Virus record (IMG/VR): IMGVR_UViG_3300022871_000021
Location: 1 to 56,027 of that record
DNA length: 56,027 nucleotides
Direction: 5' to 3' (one strand)
DNA from: a virus
Taxonomy: Duplodnaviria; Caudoviricetes
The notes beneath the pieces are model-generated. The model was not told the origin of the DNA and did no database searches. It saw only the letters and a list, made by a program, of their open reading frames with translations. Below are positions 1-9,562 of this stretch, in pieces; the first letter of the stretch is position 1; each line of letters begins with the position of its first letter. Both the position numbers and the translations under genes were made by a program.

Positions 1-1910
1 ATGAGGCGATAACCATAACCGAAAATATTAATATATTAGACATTGAAATAGATATTCCAATCTCCTCTGAATCAATTTTAATTTCTGAACTAGTCTCTTT
101 AGAATTATTTGTTGGCATGAATGTATACGAAGAGATATTTATAACTGAGTTTACAAGTTTATTAGATATTTCGATAGAGCTTGGGCCTGTTTACGAAGCC
201 ATAAATATAATCGAAGATTTTATTTCTGAATATATTTTCTCAGGCCTTAATATTTATGATGAGATGGCTATAGTAGACGAAGATGATGTTGACTTGGTGG
301 TCGAAATAGATGTATTAGATTTTATTGGGGTAGCTGAATATGTTGATTTATGGGATATTGAAATTAATTTACCTATTAGTTATGAAAACATAGCGATATT
401 CGAAGATGCAAGTTTTAATATTCTTACATATATAAATATTAGCGACGCTATTTCTATAGCAGAATATACAAATTTGCTCGATATAGAGATTAACCTGCCA
501 GTTATTTATGATGAAATAACTATAACTGAAAATATAGAAACTGATTATATATTTGAAGCTCTTAATGTCTACGAAGAAATGTCTATATCGGAATCTATAA
601 AATTTGATTATATTTTTAATTTAAGCATTTATGACGGAATAACGGTATTAGAAAATATTGATTTTGAGATTCTTATATATATTGAAGTAAATGAAAATAT
701 TTTAATAGCTGAATATACTGATTTATTAGATATTGAAATTGATTTACCTGTGGCCTTTGATAATATATCTATCTTGGAAAATGTTAATGCGGATATAAAT
801 ATAGAATTAAATGTAATAGAGAGTGTTAATATAACAGAATTCGCTAGTATATATGACCCTATAGTAGAATTGGGAATAGTCTATGAAGAAATAATTCTTG
901 CTGAAAGCGTTAATTTTTATTATGAACTTGATGCAATCGTAAATGATAATATCTCTATAACTGAATACATAAATATGTGGGATATTATCATAGATTTGCC
1001 TATTGTTTATGATAATATTTCAATCGTTGAGGCTGTGGAGAAGTTTGAGATTGAAACTAATTTTAATGTATTTGATTCCGTATTTCTTACCGAAAATATT
1101 AATATATGGGATATCGAAATAGACGTTCCTTTAGTTTATGATGGCATTATCATCTCAGAATATATAAGTCAATTTGAGCTAGATGCAAATATCGATGCAT
1201 TTGATTCTATATCTTTAGCCGAAAATATTAATATATGGGATATTGAGATAGACATTCCTTTAGTTTTTGAAGGGATAACGATAACCGAAAATATTAATGG
1301 AAATGTAGATGTAGATATTAGCATAGCTGATAATATCAGCATAAGTGAATATGTCCTTTTATTAGATATTAGCGTAGAGTTAGAGGCTATTGAAAATATA
1401 TCTTTAATAGAAAACGCATCTATTTATTTTGGGTTAGATATAGAGGTTTTAGACAATATCTCTACAGGCGAAGACGTTGGATTATACTCGACATACCTTA
1501 ATGTAAATATATATGATTTAATATCTATAATAGAAGCAGCTACAGTTTGGGATATTATCGTTGAGTTATCTGCCGTCGAAGATATAGCCATTAATGAATA
1601 CGCTTCTATCGTGACAAAGGCTGATGTAGAGATTTTTGATAATGTTTCTATTTCTGAAAGCATAGAAGCATATATTCAAATTGAAGTTAATTCCTCCGAC
1701 TCTATATCTATAACCGAAGATGCGGAGCTGTATGACCCTATTATAGAATTAGGGATAGTTTATGATATAATTGTTGTAGAAGAGGATATTTTTGAAAGTG
1801 TAGTCTATTGGGATTTATTCCCGTTACTGTTTACGGCTACTCCTAGAAAGCGGATATTTACGGCGGATAAAACTGATACTGAAATAGAATATCAAGGAGC
1901 GAGAATATGA
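1..1910 (+). CDS. Very acidic repeat virion protein (neck/head fibre-like), 5'-truncated
   Basis: Frame is open from base 3 (EAITITENINILDIEIDIP...), so the ATG at 117 is internal. About 20-24 aa repeats of type VYDNISITEYINxWDIEIDLP; only 3 Lys and no Arg before the basic C-terminal tail; lies just upstream of the head-tail genes. Confidence 0.7.
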   Translation, partial: EAITITENINILDIEIDIPISSESILISELVSLELFVGMNVYEEIFITEFTSLLDISIELGPVYEAINIIEDFISEYIFSGLNIYDEMAIVDEDDVDLVVEIDVLDFIGVAEYVDLWDIEINLPISYENIAIFEDASFNILTYINISDAISIAEYTNLLDIEINLPVIYDEITITENIETDYIFEALNVYEEMSISESIKFDYIFNLSIYDGITVLENIDFEILIYIEVNENILIAEYTDLLDIEIDLPVAFDNISILENVNADINIELNVIESVNITEFASIYDPIVELGIVYEEIILAESVNFYYELDAIVNDNISITEYINMWDIIIDLPIVYDNISIVEAVEKFEIETNFNVFDSVFLTENINIWDIEIDVPLVYDGIIISEYISQFELDANIDAFDSISLAENINIWDIEIDIPLVFEGITITENINGNVDVDISIADNISISEYVLLLDISVELEAIENISLIENASIYFGLDIEVLDNISTGEDVGLYSTYLNVNIYDLISIIEAATVWDIIVELSAVEDIAINEYASIVTKADVEIFDNVSISESIEAYIQIEVNSSDSISITEDAELYDPIIELGIVYDIIVVEEDIFESVVYWDLFPLLFTATPRKRIFTADKTDTEIEYQGARI

Positions 1911-2191
1911 AAATTCCAATAGTAGTAAAGAAGCCTAATGAACAATTTTCTATAGGGTTTGAATATATAAGCCCAGATTTAACGGAGGGCGCAACCCTAG
2001 CCTCTTGCACGGTATCCATAAGTCCTTCTGGCGGGCTTGTTGTTGATGGCTCGCCCGTAGTAGAGGCTACTAAAGTTTCTCAGGTGGTCAAAGGAGGAGC
2101 TGACGGAGCCGAGTATTGGGTTACATTTTTAACGACTACTTCTGGTGGTCATATCTATGAAGATAAAATCTTCGTAAAAGTGAGGGCATAA
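1907..2191 (+). CDS. Small beta-rich virion protein, fibre-tail adaptor-like
   Basis: KKPNE..F..., GG.DG.EYWVTF.TTTSGG.IYE pattern recalls small Ig-like phage fibre adaptors; ATGA-coupled to the repeat protein. Confidence 0.5.
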   Translation: MKIPIVVKKPNEQFSIGFEYISPDLTEGATLASCTVSISPSGGLVVDGSPVVEATKVSQVVKGGADGAEYWVTFLTTTSGGHIYEDKIFVKVRA

Positions 2192-2823
2192 TGGCGAACG
2201 AGTACATTACAAAAGCAAAATTAAGGGTAGACCCTTATAACATTAGCGAACAAGAAGCTGATGATACTTATTTAGGGGTTTTACAGGACTTGACAAAGGT
2301 TATTATAGATAATCTTTGCGGACAACCATTTTCTCAGGAGGGGACAGCTTCGGCTTATGTAGAGAAGAAGATATCTGGAACGGGAAAAGATACAGTTTTT
2401 ATGCCGAAAAAATTAGTCACTCTTGAAAAGATAAGAATATATTCTTCTACTACAGGATATGTAGACTATACGGCTTCGAATTTTACGGCCAAGAAAAAAT
2501 TTATTACTTGGAATTTATTTACTTCTGCTGTATCGAGAGGGAGACTATATCCAGAAGTCTTTCCTTTGGGTCTTTATAATATAGGAATTTATGCAGTCTG
2601 GGGATGGGAGACTGTTCCTACTCCCATAGAATATTTACAGGGAAGATTAATTCAAAAGATTTTAGAAAAAGGTTTCTTTGACGAAAAGAATGCAACAGAA
2701 AAAATAGGTGATTACTCAACGAAGATATTATTTGATGTAAATGAGAATCAGCTTGCGGATAAAGAGTTAGATTTAATTGTTAAACAATATCAAAATAATT
2801 GGTTAGGTTATGGCGTCTCTTGA
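2191..2823 (+). CDS. Head-tail connector/adaptor (gp6/gp15-like)
   Basis: NI.IYAVWGWETVP.PI and EKIGDYS motifs typical of head-tail adaptors; synteny. Confidence 0.75.
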   Translation: MANEYITKAKLRVDPYNISEQEADDTYLGVLQDLTKVIIDNLCGQPFSQEGTASAYVEKKISGTGKDTVFMPKKLVTLEKIRIYSSTTGYVDYTASNFTAKKKFITWNLFTSAVSRGRLYPEVFPLGLYNIGIYAVWGWETVPTPIEYLQGRLIQKILEKGFFDEKNATEKIGDYSTKILFDVNENQLADKELDLIVKQYQNNWLGYGVS

Positions 2824-3160
2824 TTTGAAAAGATTTTTGAATAATACCATTACGATTTATCGTCGTTCAACCGAGGGTGATGATTTCGGAGGGGTGACTT
2901 CTGAATGGGATAAAAAGAATTGGAATGTTGTTTGTCGGATTTATGGGACTAGAGGACAGCCTTTTACGTTTTCGGTAGAAGGCAAAAATTATATTGTTTC
3001 GATGAAAATGATGTGTGATAAATTCGTCGACATTAAGGTAGGAGACAAGGTAAAAGAAGATAAGGCGGGTCAAACTTATATGGTAGTATTTTTAAAGGCA
3101 GCTAGAACCCATCAAAAGGTACATCATTTAGAGGGCTTATTATCGAGGATTGATATATAA
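2810..3160 (+). CDS. Head closure / head-tail joining protein (SPP1 gp16-like)
   Basis: ITIYR...DDFGG...W, DIKVGDKV and HHLE motifs; synteny. Confidence 0.75.
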   Translation: MASLDLKRFLNNTITIYRRSTEGDDFGGVTSEWDKKNWNVVCRIYGTRGQPFTFSVEGKNYIVSMKMMCDKFVDIKVGDKVKEDKAGQTYMVVFLKAARTHQKVHHLEGLLSRIDI

Positions 3161-3546
3161 TGAAAGTAGATTTTGTAATCTCAGGCGTCCCTAAGGCATT
3201 AGTTAAGTTAAAGCTTCTTGACCAAGTAGTTCGAGACGAGGCTTTGAGGGCTATGGGTAGAGCGTCAGCTATAGTAGCGACAAGAGCTAAAGAGAATATT
3301 TCAGGTCAACATGGTCATGTAATGCATATTAAAACTGGTAACTTGAGGAGAAATATAAAATCAAAGGCTAAATGGAAGGGGAATTTTGAAATAGAAGGCT
3401 TCATAGGAACAGATGTTCCTTATGCTCCTCACGTAGAGTCTTTGCCGGATGGTGGATTTCTTTATCCCGCTCTTATGGAAGTGGGAAGAGAAGCTTTAGC
3501 TTATTTTAAGATTCAAATATCAATGGCCGTTAGGAGTCGATTGTGA
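3160..3546 (+). CDS. HK97 gp10-like neck/tail completion protein
   Basis: TGNLRRNI...GTDVPYAPHVE...FLYPA motifs. Confidence 0.8.
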   Translation: MKVDFVISGVPKALVKLKLLDQVVRDEALRAMGRASAIVATRAKENISGQHGHVMHIKTGNLRRNIKSKAKWKGNFEIEGFIGTDVPYAPHVESLPDGGFLYPALMEVGREALAYFKIQISMAVRSRL

Positions 3547-4013
3547 AAAATATATATAAAGGCATAATCAATATTTTGAAAAATGACCAAGATTTATGCA
3601 AAATGGTAGAATATACTGAAACGAAAAAAAATATGAGGAGAGCCTATTCGCCTGTTGGAAGCTGGAGCAAGCTTATAATATTTTATATGCAGACAGCGAT
3701 GGCGACTACAGATTTTACTCCTCAAATAAGAACGATACCCCTGATAGTCAGGGTTTACGATAGAGATAATGACCTAAATATAGACGATATGGCCGAAAGG
3801 CTTATCTTATTGCTTGATGGGTCTGATTTAGATGTAAGTGAAGAAACTTTTGTGTATGATTGTTCATATACAGGCGACCTCATATCTACGTATTGGAATG
3901 ATGAACAAAAAAGTTATGAGAGAGTTTTGAGGTTTCAGCTTATAGCAAGACAAGATGCTATTGTAGGGGATTCTGAAGTAGCCCCTACAAGGAAGCGAAA
4001 AAGAGATTGGTAA
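3543..4013 (+). CDS. Tail terminator protein
   Basis: Position between the gp10-like gene and tail tube; size and alpha/beta pattern fit the family. Confidence 0.6.
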   Translation: MKNIYKGIINILKNDQDLCKMVEYTETKKNMRRAYSPVGSWSKLIIFYMQTAMATTDFTPQIRTIPLIVRVYDRDNDLNIDDMAERLILLLDGSDLDVSEETFVYDCSYTGDLISTYWNDEQKSYERVLRFQLIARQDAIVGDSEVAPTRKRKRDW

Positions 4014-4034
4014 AAATTAAAGGAGGGTTGAACG

Positions 4035-4544
4035 ATGGGTAATTATGTAGCGACTAATGTTTTGATAGGTGTAGGAGTAATGACGGTAAACGGTACTAGC
4101 ATTGGTTATACTTCCGGTGGAGTTACGGTTGTAAAAAATTGTGACAGGATGGATAAAGAAGTAGACCAAAGTTATGCTGCGGTTGGAGTCCATAAAATAA
4201 GAGAATCATTTGAAGTCCAAACTAATCTAGCTGAAGCTACTTTGGCGAATCTTAAAATAGTTTGGGAGCAAACTGAATCGGTTGTGGAGTCTTCGCCTAC
4301 AAGAACTCTTTCTTGGGGTATGAACGCAGATGTAGTGGAGTATTCCTTGGCCTTTACAGGTAAATCTCCTGAAGGTTATGACAGAACTTTCACTTGTCAT
4401 AAAGCAGTTATTTGGGAAGTTGGGGATATGCCTTTACAGAAAGATGCATTAACTGTAATCCCTGTAACATTCAGAATACTTCCTGATGTTGATTTAGCTG
4501 CAGGTAAAGAGTACGGAGCAATAGTAGACACGATGACTGAATAA
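4035..4544 (+). CDS. Major tail tube protein
   Basis: IGYTSGGV, EVDQ, NLAEATLANL and IPVTFR motifs of siphovirus tube proteins; strong SD (AAGGAGGG). Confidence 0.8.
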   Translation: MGNYVATNVLIGVGVMTVNGTSIGYTSGGVTVVKNCDRMDKEVDQSYAAVGVHKIRESFEVQTNLAEATLANLKIVWEQTESVVESSPTRTLSWGMNADVVEYSLAFTGKSPEGYDRTFTCHKAVIWEVGDMPLQKDALTVIPVTFRILPDVDLAAGKEYGAIVDTMTE

Positions 4545-4554
4545 TCAGTCATTT
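4533..4554 (+). terminator. Hairpin at end of the tail tube gene (weak terminator or mRNA stabiliser)
   Basis: Perfect inverted repeat ATGACTGA-ATAA-TCAGTCAT with only a short T run. Confidence 0.4.
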
Positions 4555-4575
4555 AAAAAAAATGGGAGGTCAATT

Positions 4576-4974
4576 ATGTCTGGTAACGGTATGAATACTG
4601 TAGAAGAATATAGAAAGAATATAGGAAAGCCGAAGGAAGTAACTCTTCCTTCGGGTTCTAAGTTTAAAGTCAAGACTTTGAGTGTAATGGATTATATCCA
4701 AAATGGATTAGCCGATATTCCTAATGAGTTTTTTAAGTTTATCGCAGAGCTTAATGCCGGAAGGGTAACTGATTCAGAATCACCCGAAGCTAAGAAGAAC
4801 TTTGAACTATTTGAAAAATTTCTTAGCATAACCGTTGAACAAGGCATAATTGAACCTCCAGTAATTCTTAAATATAATGAGGAGAAAAAAGAAACGCATT
4901 TAATATATGCTGAACTTACTGAGGCCGACCAAATGTTTCTTATAAAAGTAATTTCAGGAAAATTAAATGGATGA
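4576..4974 (+). CDS. Tail assembly chaperone
   Basis: Between tube and tape measure; EVTLPSG..FKVK start. Confidence 0.65.
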   Translation: MSGNGMNTVEEYRKNIGKPKEVTLPSGSKFKVKTLSVMDYIQNGLADIPNEFFKFIAELNAGRVTDSESPEAKKNFELFEKFLSITVEQGIIEPPVILKYNEEKKETHLIYAELTEADQMFLIKVISGKLNG

Positions 4975-5233
4975 TAGTTTAGAAATTTTTTTTAAGAATA
5001 GGGATTTAGTGATTGTAGTTGATGCTGTTGCTAAGAAATACGGAATAACTCCGTATCAAGTTTTAGAGATGAGCATATATGAATTTTGCTTTAACTCGGC
5101 GGTATTAGTTGTCACAAATTTCGAGGAAGAAAGAATGAGAAAAAAAGAAGAATCGAAAATGAATAAAGGGGAAAATAGTCAAAATTTAGACTCGTTCGGA
5201 ATAGATAGAACGATAATAAAGGATAAAAAATGA
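4967..5233 (+). CDS. Second tail assembly chaperone (pre-tape-measure)
   Basis: AKKYGITPYQVLEMSIYEF motif typical of T-type chaperones; synteny. Confidence 0.6.
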   Translation: MDDSLEIFFKNRDLVIVVDAVAKKYGITPYQVLEMSIYEFCFNSAVLVVTNFEEERMRKKEESKMNKGENSQNLDSFGIDRTIIKDKK

Positions 5234-7836
5234 ATCCATTCGCATCATTAATGGTCAAAATGGGAGCAGACGTAAGAGGCCTTCAGGCGGGGCTATTAAC
5301 GGCTTCCGGCCAAATTAAAGGATTTGCCACTAAAAATAGTGCTCTTTTAAGGACTATGGGTGCGAGCTTTTTGGCTATGGGGGCTGCAGCCACCATAGGT
5401 CTTGGAATGGCAGTCAAAGAGGCAGCTCAATTCCAGTCAGCTATTTTAAATGCTGCGTCTGTTACGGGGTATCTGGGAGAGGAATTAGATAAAGCAAAAA
5501 TATCTATGGAAGGTCTTGCTACGACTTTAGGAGAAACAACTGTATTTACGGCTAGTGAAGCAGCTAGTGCTATGTATGATTTAGCATCTAAGGGTTTCAG
5601 GCCTGCCGAAATGTCCATCGCAGAATTACAGCCTTTGCTTGATTTGGCTGCAGCTACGCAGGCAGATTTAACGACAGCGACGGAAACAGTAACGTCTACG
5701 GTTAGAGCTTTCGGATTGCAAATAAATGAAACGCAAAGAGTGGCAGATGTTTTCACTAAGGCTATAGGAAGTTCAGCAGCTACGATTAATAAGCTTAAGG
5801 ATTCAATGTCTTATATTGCTCCGATAGCAAAGGCTGCTAATATATCGCTAGAAGAGACGGCTGCAGCTCTTGGTAAGATTTATGATTTAGGGTTTCCCGC
5901 ATCAATGGCTGGAACGGCTTTAAGGAGAGCTTTGGCTGAGTTGATGAAACCATCAGCTAAATTAAAGGAAATTTTAGGTGAGCTTAACATGAAGTTTTCA
6001 GATGTTGATACAACCGCCTACGGCTTGGTAGGGGTTCTTAGAAATCTTGACCGAGCGGGAATATCCAATGCTCAAACAATGGAATTATTTGGAACAAGAG
6101 CGGGTCCATTAATGACGGCCCTATTAGGTGTTGACGCAAGCGGAAAGGCTGCTTATGAAGGAATAACTGACCTTACCGAAGCGTTAAAAAATTCTGGTGG
6201 AGAGGCGGAACGAGTAGCGAAGGTTCAGTTACAATCTTTCAATAATCAGTTAAAACTTTTAATGTCAGCCTTTCAAAGTGTTCAAATAGAAGTTGGAAAT
6301 AAATTATTGCCTGTATTGACTAAATTAGTTCAGTCTCTAGCTGATGGATTAAGAGGGATAAAATCGTGGATGAAAGAATTTCCTATTTTATCAAAATATG
6401 TTGTTTACCTTACAGGAATTCTTGGCTTATTGGCAATAGCTTTAGGGACGGTGGCTTTAGTCTTAGGCCCTCTAGCTCCGTTAATGGTAGGCTTCTCTCA
6501 GGCTCTCGGGTTAGTGGCTCTAGCTGCCTTGAAGGTTAAAACAGCTATGGTTAGTTTGGCTCTTGTCTTTACATTAAGCAAAGGAGTCTTTTTACTTTTT
6601 ATCGGTCAAGCTGCTCTTGTTGCTGCAGCTATTATCGCTATAGTTCTGGCCGTAAAAGAGGTGGTTATAGCTTGGGAGGCACTTAAAAAGGCTCAAGCTG
6701 ATGCTACAGAATCTATGGAGAAAGCGGATAAAACTTTTGTGGAACTTTGGCAGCATTTAGCCTTAACTACTCTAAAAATAAAAGGATTAACTGATGCGGA
6801 GAAGAAGCATTCTGAAACAATTTTAGAAATGGTTGAATTATATAAAAAACAGAATGACGAAAATGATAAGGATAGGAAGGTTAGAGACCTTATTACTAAA
6901 TCCATATTAAAACAGCTTAAATTGCAGCAAGAAGTTATAAGTGCGCACAAAGAAGAATATAAAGCTATTGTAGAAAAGCAGAGATTAACGGTTGAATTTT
7001 TGAATGAGCAGAAAAAGATTCAATATGACACCAACGAACTTGTTATGTCCGAAATAGAGTTTAAGCGGTGGGCTTATGCTCAAGATATTGAAAATAGAAA
7101 ACAGGCCCTTCGAGATATAGAGGGATTGCAAGAACAAGAAATTACTAATCTTGAAATTCAATTAGATAAACTGCACGAACTTTGGCTATCGAAACAGGAA
7201 GGAACTAATGATGCGTTAAAGGAATGGAATGATAAAATGGATAGCATTGGAGCGGGATATCTCAAAATGTCTGAAGATGCCAATGATGTTTTTGGAGAGA
7301 TGCCGAGAGTAATAGAGGATGTAGCTAGAGGGATGAGTGACACTTTACAGGGTGTATTTTTTGATGTTTTTAGCGGAGAATTAAAGAGTGCTTCAGAATA
7401 TTTTAACGCTTTTGCTAATTCTATAAGAGCTTCATTCGCTAAAATGTTGGCTGATATGGTGGCTAAAGCCATGTGGGCTAAAGCTGTATCGGGGCTTGCA
7501 AGTCTGTTTGGGTGGGGTGGTACAGCAAGTGTAGCCTCGAATGCAGGGTCTCTTCCAACGGGAACGATAGCTACAACGGGAATGGCAAGAGCTCAGGGAG
7601 GGATTGATTCAATCCCGAGCGAAGGTGCATATTATTTGCATAGAGGAGAGCAAGTCGTTCCTAAGCACGAAGTGGGAGGTAATGGTCAATCGATTACTAT
7701 TATAAGTGTATTTGATAAGAAAATGATACCTGCCATTATGGCGAGGGAAGGTAAAGGCGTTATAGTAAATGTTATTAATGAGGATATGGCGAGGTCAGGT
7801 TCGACCAGAAAAACTTTTATGACGGAGGGTAGATAA
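5230..7836 (+). CDS. Tape measure protein (TP901-type core)
   Basis: 868 aa, Ala-rich; TVFTASEAASAM, ADVFTKA, ASMAGTALR motifs; hydrophobic segments; C-terminal LHRGEQVVP. Confidence 0.95.
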   Translation: MNPFASLMVKMGADVRGLQAGLLTASGQIKGFATKNSALLRTMGASFLAMGAAATIGLGMAVKEAAQFQSAILNAASVTGYLGEELDKAKISMEGLATTLGETTVFTASEAASAMYDLASKGFRPAEMSIAELQPLLDLAAATQADLTTATETVTSTVRAFGLQINETQRVADVFTKAIGSSAATINKLKDSMSYIAPIAKAANISLEETAAALGKIYDLGFPASMAGTALRRALAELMKPSAKLKEILGELNMKFSDVDTTAYGLVGVLRNLDRAGISNAQTMELFGTRAGPLMTALLGVDASGKAAYEGITDLTEALKNSGGEAERVAKVQLQSFNNQLKLLMSAFQSVQIEVGNKLLPVLTKLVQSLADGLRGIKSWMKEFPILSKYVVYLTGILGLLAIALGTVALVLGPLAPLMVGFSQALGLVALAALKVKTAMVSLALVFTLSKGVFLLFIGQAALVAAAIIAIVLAVKEVVIAWEALKKAQADATESMEKADKTFVELWQHLALTTLKIKGLTDAEKKHSETILEMVELYKKQNDENDKDRKVRDLITKSILKQLKLQQEVISAHKEEYKAIVEKQRLTVEFLNEQKKIQYDTNELVMSEIEFKRWAYAQDIENRKQALRDIEGLQEQEITNLEIQLDKLHELWLSKQEGTNDALKEWNDKMDSIGAGYLKMSEDANDVFGEMPRVIEDVARGMSDTLQGVFFDVFSGELKSASEYFNAFANSIRASFAKMLADMVAKAMWAKAVSGLASLFGWGGTASVASNAGSLPTGTIATTGMARAQGGIDSIPSEGAYYLHRGEQVVPKHEVGGNGQSITIISVFDKKMIPAIMAREGKGVIVNVINEDMARSGSTRKTFMTEGR

Positions 7837-8520
7837 ATGGCTTCCTTAGTGGATTTCGGTCAGTTTACAAGAAATTATCCATTCACGGACGAAACGGGTT
7901 ATGACGTTCAAGAAACTGTGTTCGAAAATGGAGATAAGCAATATAGACTTATAAACGAACAAGACCATATGGCCTTTGTTTTAAATTTCTTTCCATTAAC
8001 TTTGACTGAGTCTCAAGATATTTTGGACTTTTTTAAAGCAAGAAATGGTAAATATGAAGCTTTTAAATTTACAAATCCTTTAGATGGAAAATTATATGAC
8101 GTTAGATTTAAAGAATCAACAATGTCTAGGGAGAGAATTGCATATAATACATTTAGAATGAGAGTTTCTTTAGGTCTTGAATTTCCTTTTGGAGCTTATT
8201 GCGTAATAGACGTAAACGAAGATATAGCCATTTCAGAATATAATGAAATGTTTGATATGGCTCTATGGCTTAATGAGTATGAATCAGTATCAATTTCTGA
8301 ATATGCTAACCTTTTTGACATTACCGTCGAAGTAGGCCCTGTTTATGAATCTATATCGATGATAGAATCTATTTCGATGTATGACCCTATTATAGAATTA
8401 GGGATAAATGATGCTGTTTCGGTAGCGGAAGATGTAGGGTTGTTCGAAATTCTAGCGAGGATAGATGTAAATGATGGTATATCCATAGTAGAAGATGATA
8501 CGATAGGAGCGCCTGCATAA
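7837..8520 (+). CDS. Distal tail protein (lambda gpM/DUF2460-like) with acidic-repeat C-terminal extension
   Basis: DFFKARNGKYEAFKFTNP...VRF motif; the last ~105 aa match the repeats of the first ORF. Confidence 0.75.
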   Translation: MASLVDFGQFTRNYPFTDETGYDVQETVFENGDKQYRLINEQDHMAFVLNFFPLTLTESQDILDFFKARNGKYEAFKFTNPLDGKLYDVRFKESTMSRERIAYNTFRMRVSLGLEFPFGAYCVIDVNEDIAISEYNEMFDMALWLNEYESVSISEYANLFDITVEVGPVYESISMIESISMYDPIIELGINDAVSVAEDVGLFEILARIDVNDGISIVEDDTIGAPA

Positions 8521-9131
8521 TGAGAACACCAAGTTCAGATTTTATAACTAGAAAAAATGCCGAAGCGAATCAGCCTATCTTCCTATATATAATATATGAT
8601 TGGGATGGAGCTAGTAATAATCTTTATTACACTAATCATAAAACATCTATTGTCTACTCTGGCCAAGCATATGTAAAATGTCCTATTACTCACGAGACGA
8701 TAGGAGAGAACACTACTGGAGAAATAGATAGTGTTAGCATTAAACTCGGCAACGCTTCTCGGCTTGTTCAAGCTTATCTTGAAGATTATGATTGGAGAGG
8801 GAAAAAAGTATCCATTATTCAGATATTTGCCGATAAATTAGACGACGCAGATGCAAATATAACTGATACTTATTATATAGATAGTTATTCTAGTAATCAA
8901 GATAATGCGTCTTTTCTCTTGACAAGTAAATTTGATATATTGGGAATAGGGTTGCCTACCAGAAAATATTCAAGAAATTTTTGTAATTGGAAGTTTAAAT
9001 CTACTGAGTGTGGGTATTCGGCAGGGGAAACAGAATGCAATAAAACTTTGGCGAGATGTAGGGTACTAGCCAATTCAGAACGATTTGGAGGATTTCCTTC
9101 TATCCCGTCAAAACGTATAGTAATAGGTTAA
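8520..9131 (+). CDS. Minor tail protein, lambda gpL-like (Fe-S cluster Cys motif)
   Basis: CNWKFKSTECGY...CNKTLARC...FGGFPSI, the four-Cys C-terminal signature. Confidence 0.9.
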   Translation: MRTPSSDFITRKNAEANQPIFLYIIYDWDGASNNLYYTNHKTSIVYSGQAYVKCPITHETIGENTTGEIDSVSIKLGNASRLVQAYLEDYDWRGKKVSIIQIFADKLDDADANITDTYYIDSYSSNQDNASFLLTSKFDILGIGLPTRKYSRNFCNWKFKSTECGYSAGETECNKTLARCRVLANSERFGGFPSIPSKRIVIG

Positions 9132-9136
9132 AAGTT

Positions 9137-9553
9137 ATGACAAAAGAAATAGAGGTCAGAACAAAATATCTTGGAATACCTTATAAGCACTTGGGAAGAA
9201 CCCTAGACGGACTTGATTGTTGGGGGCTTCCTATTTTAATTTATAGAGAGATTAAAAATATTGAATTATTTGATATGAATTATGAAAAAGATTGGGCGAA
9301 AAATGGAAAAGATTATTTTGTAGAACATTATTATAAGAAATGGGTTAAACAAACGACCCCTAAATTTTTAGATATTCTTTTATTCTCCGACGGTAACGGA
9401 AGGACTTATCATGCAGGAGTGTATTTAAGTAATGATGAATTTATTCAAGGGAGTTCAGTCGGGGTTATAATAACGAGATTGAGAAATGTTTGGAAGCAGA
9501 GATTAACAGGTATTTATCGGTACGAGGATGGTCTTAATGAAGATAATCTATAA
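9137..9553 (+). CDS. NlpC/P60 tail assembly protein (gpK-like)
   Basis: YLGIPY...GLDCWGL...HAGVYL catalytic Cys/His. Confidence 0.9.
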   Translation: MTKEIEVRTKYLGIPYKHLGRTLDGLDCWGLPILIYREIKNIELFDMNYEKDWAKNGKDYFVEHYYKKWVKQTTPKFLDILLFSDGNGRTYHAGVYLSNDEFIQGSSVGVIITRLRNVWKQRLTGIYRYEDGLNEDNL

Positions 9554-9562
9554 TAGGAGTTT

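Noticed and set aside
4940-4990. Programmed G/GT-type frameshift between the two tail chaperones
   Set aside because: The second ORF is in the +1 frame with an in-frame TAA (4964-4966) right before its ATG, and there is no XXXYYYZ slippery site in the 8-nt overlap
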